From a virus (taxonomy: Duplodnaviria > Caudoviricetes): a stretch of DNA of 64,000 nucleotides. Below the pieces are notes generated by a model. The model did no database searches. It saw nothing but the letters and a program-made list of their open reading frames with translations, and had not been told where the DNA came from. Location: IMG/VR virus record IMGVR_UViG_3300028591_000183, positions 1 to 64,000 of that record. The stretch is one strand, 5' to 3'. A program made the position numbers and the translations under genes. Positions 63,161-64,000 of this stretch are shown in pieces (the stretch's first letter is position 1; every line of letters begins with the position of its first letter).

Positions 63161-63529
63161 ATGGAAATCGCAGAAGTAGTAAGTGCTTTTAATTTATCCG
63201 ATATAGGAGATTTTTCAGACGGGTATCATACCTTTAATCAGCTTTATCATCAAAGGGCTGTTCTTTTTGCTACAATCGTAAATCAAAATCCCGATATATC
63301 ATGGAAATCACTTCGTCATGGTGATGGAAAGTTTTGTTTTGACAGCGAAGGAGAGTGGTTTATTGTCGGAATTGACACTCCCGAAGGGACATACACTTAT
63401 CACTACGAAACTGCGAAGTATTTTGATATGTTCCATTGCAAGGAAGTGATGTATGCTCCTATGTGGGATGGACATACTGAAAAAGACGTTACAAGATTAC
63501 TGAGTTTGGAGAAAAGGAATGAAAATTAA
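63161..63529 (+). CDS. conserved phage protein (DGYHTF.ELY...WDGH family)
   Basis: SDGYHTFNQLYHQR and MWDGHT motifs. Confidence 0.75.
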   Translation: MEIAEVVSAFNLSDIGDFSDGYHTFNQLYHQRAVLFATIVNQNPDISWKSLRHGDGKFCFDSEGEWFIVGIDTPEGTYTYHYETAKYFDMFHCKEVMYAPMWDGHTEKDVTRLLSLEKRNEN

Positions 63530-63947
63530 AATCAGATACGCCGATAAAGAAATAGACAGGCTTGAAAAGATTTCTGTGGGTGACCTTATTGACCTGCGCT
63601 GTGCAGAAGATGTTGATATGAAACAGGGTGAGTATAAACTTATTTCGCTTGGTGTAGCTATGAAGCTCCCCGAAGGATATGAAGCTCATGTATATGCGAG
63701 AAGCAGTACACCGAAAAAACATGGAATAATGGTTGCTAATTCAGTTGGAATAATAGATTCTAGCTACTGCGGTAACAATGATATTTGGCAGATGCCCGCT
63801 TATGCTATCCGTGATACTCATATAGACAAGAACACAAGAATAGCACAGTTTAGGATTGTTAAAAATCAACCCGAAATCGAGTTTGAAGAAGTAGAAGAAC
63901 TTGAAGATGCAGACAGAGGTGGTATTGGTTCTACGGGAGTCAAATAA
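63519..63947 (+). CDS. dut: trimeric dUTPase
   Basis: ARSS, GIIDSSYCG, RIAQF, RGGIGSTG. Confidence 0.95.
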   Translation: MKIKIRYADKEIDRLEKISVGDLIDLRCAEDVDMKQGEYKLISLGVAMKLPEGYEAHVYARSSTPKKHGIMVANSVGIIDSSYCGNNDIWQMPAYAIRDTHIDKNTRIAQFRIVKNQPEIEFEEVEELEDADRGGIGSTGVK

Positions 63948-64000
63948 TGAGTGGGATGTATGAATGTTTTCATTGCTGTACTAAATCTGTAATATGGGAT

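Noticed and set aside
1-64000. Stop-codon reassignment
   Set aside because: Long conserved genes are intact in the standard code and end in TAA, TAG or TGA.

Overview
The window is part of a tailed dsDNA phage genome, read in the standard genetic code, with Firmicutes-type ribosome-binding sites (RBS) and sigmaA-type promoters. The host is probably a spore-forming Clostridia or Lachnospiraceae relative (inference). Terminase, portal and capsid genes are not recognisable here. Layout: 0.1-6.9 kb, late, tail and adhesin genes. 7.1-15.7 kb, an Arc-type switch followed by about 30 small mosaic accessory ORFs and an EcoRI-family methyltransferase. 16.3-21.3 kb, a helix-turn-helix (HTH) regulator and a 1215-aa tail fibre. 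21.3-22.6 kb, a tRNA-Glu-derived attP, a cI/integrase deletion scar, cro and xis. 22.6-34.7 kb, recombination and replication genes. 34.9-39.6 kb, glycosyltransferases and lysis. 39.6-54.9 kb, a minus-strand operon with a tyrosine recombinase, FtsK and about 25 small genes. 55-57.6 kb, a repeat-rich non-coding region. 57.6-64 kb, regulators, a second methyltransferase, a tRNA/ncRNA cluster and dUTPase. The top signal is a Cas7/RAMP-like gene (23457-24128) followed directly by a 433-nt array. The array has seven units, each opened by GGCA (TGCA in unit 7) and built from 10-13 in-phase G(G/T)Y-NN pentamers, which suggests a non-contiguous guide-RNA system. The second signal is 16 intergenic hairpins in the minus-strand operon, with variable stems and a near-invariant UGUCACAG loop.
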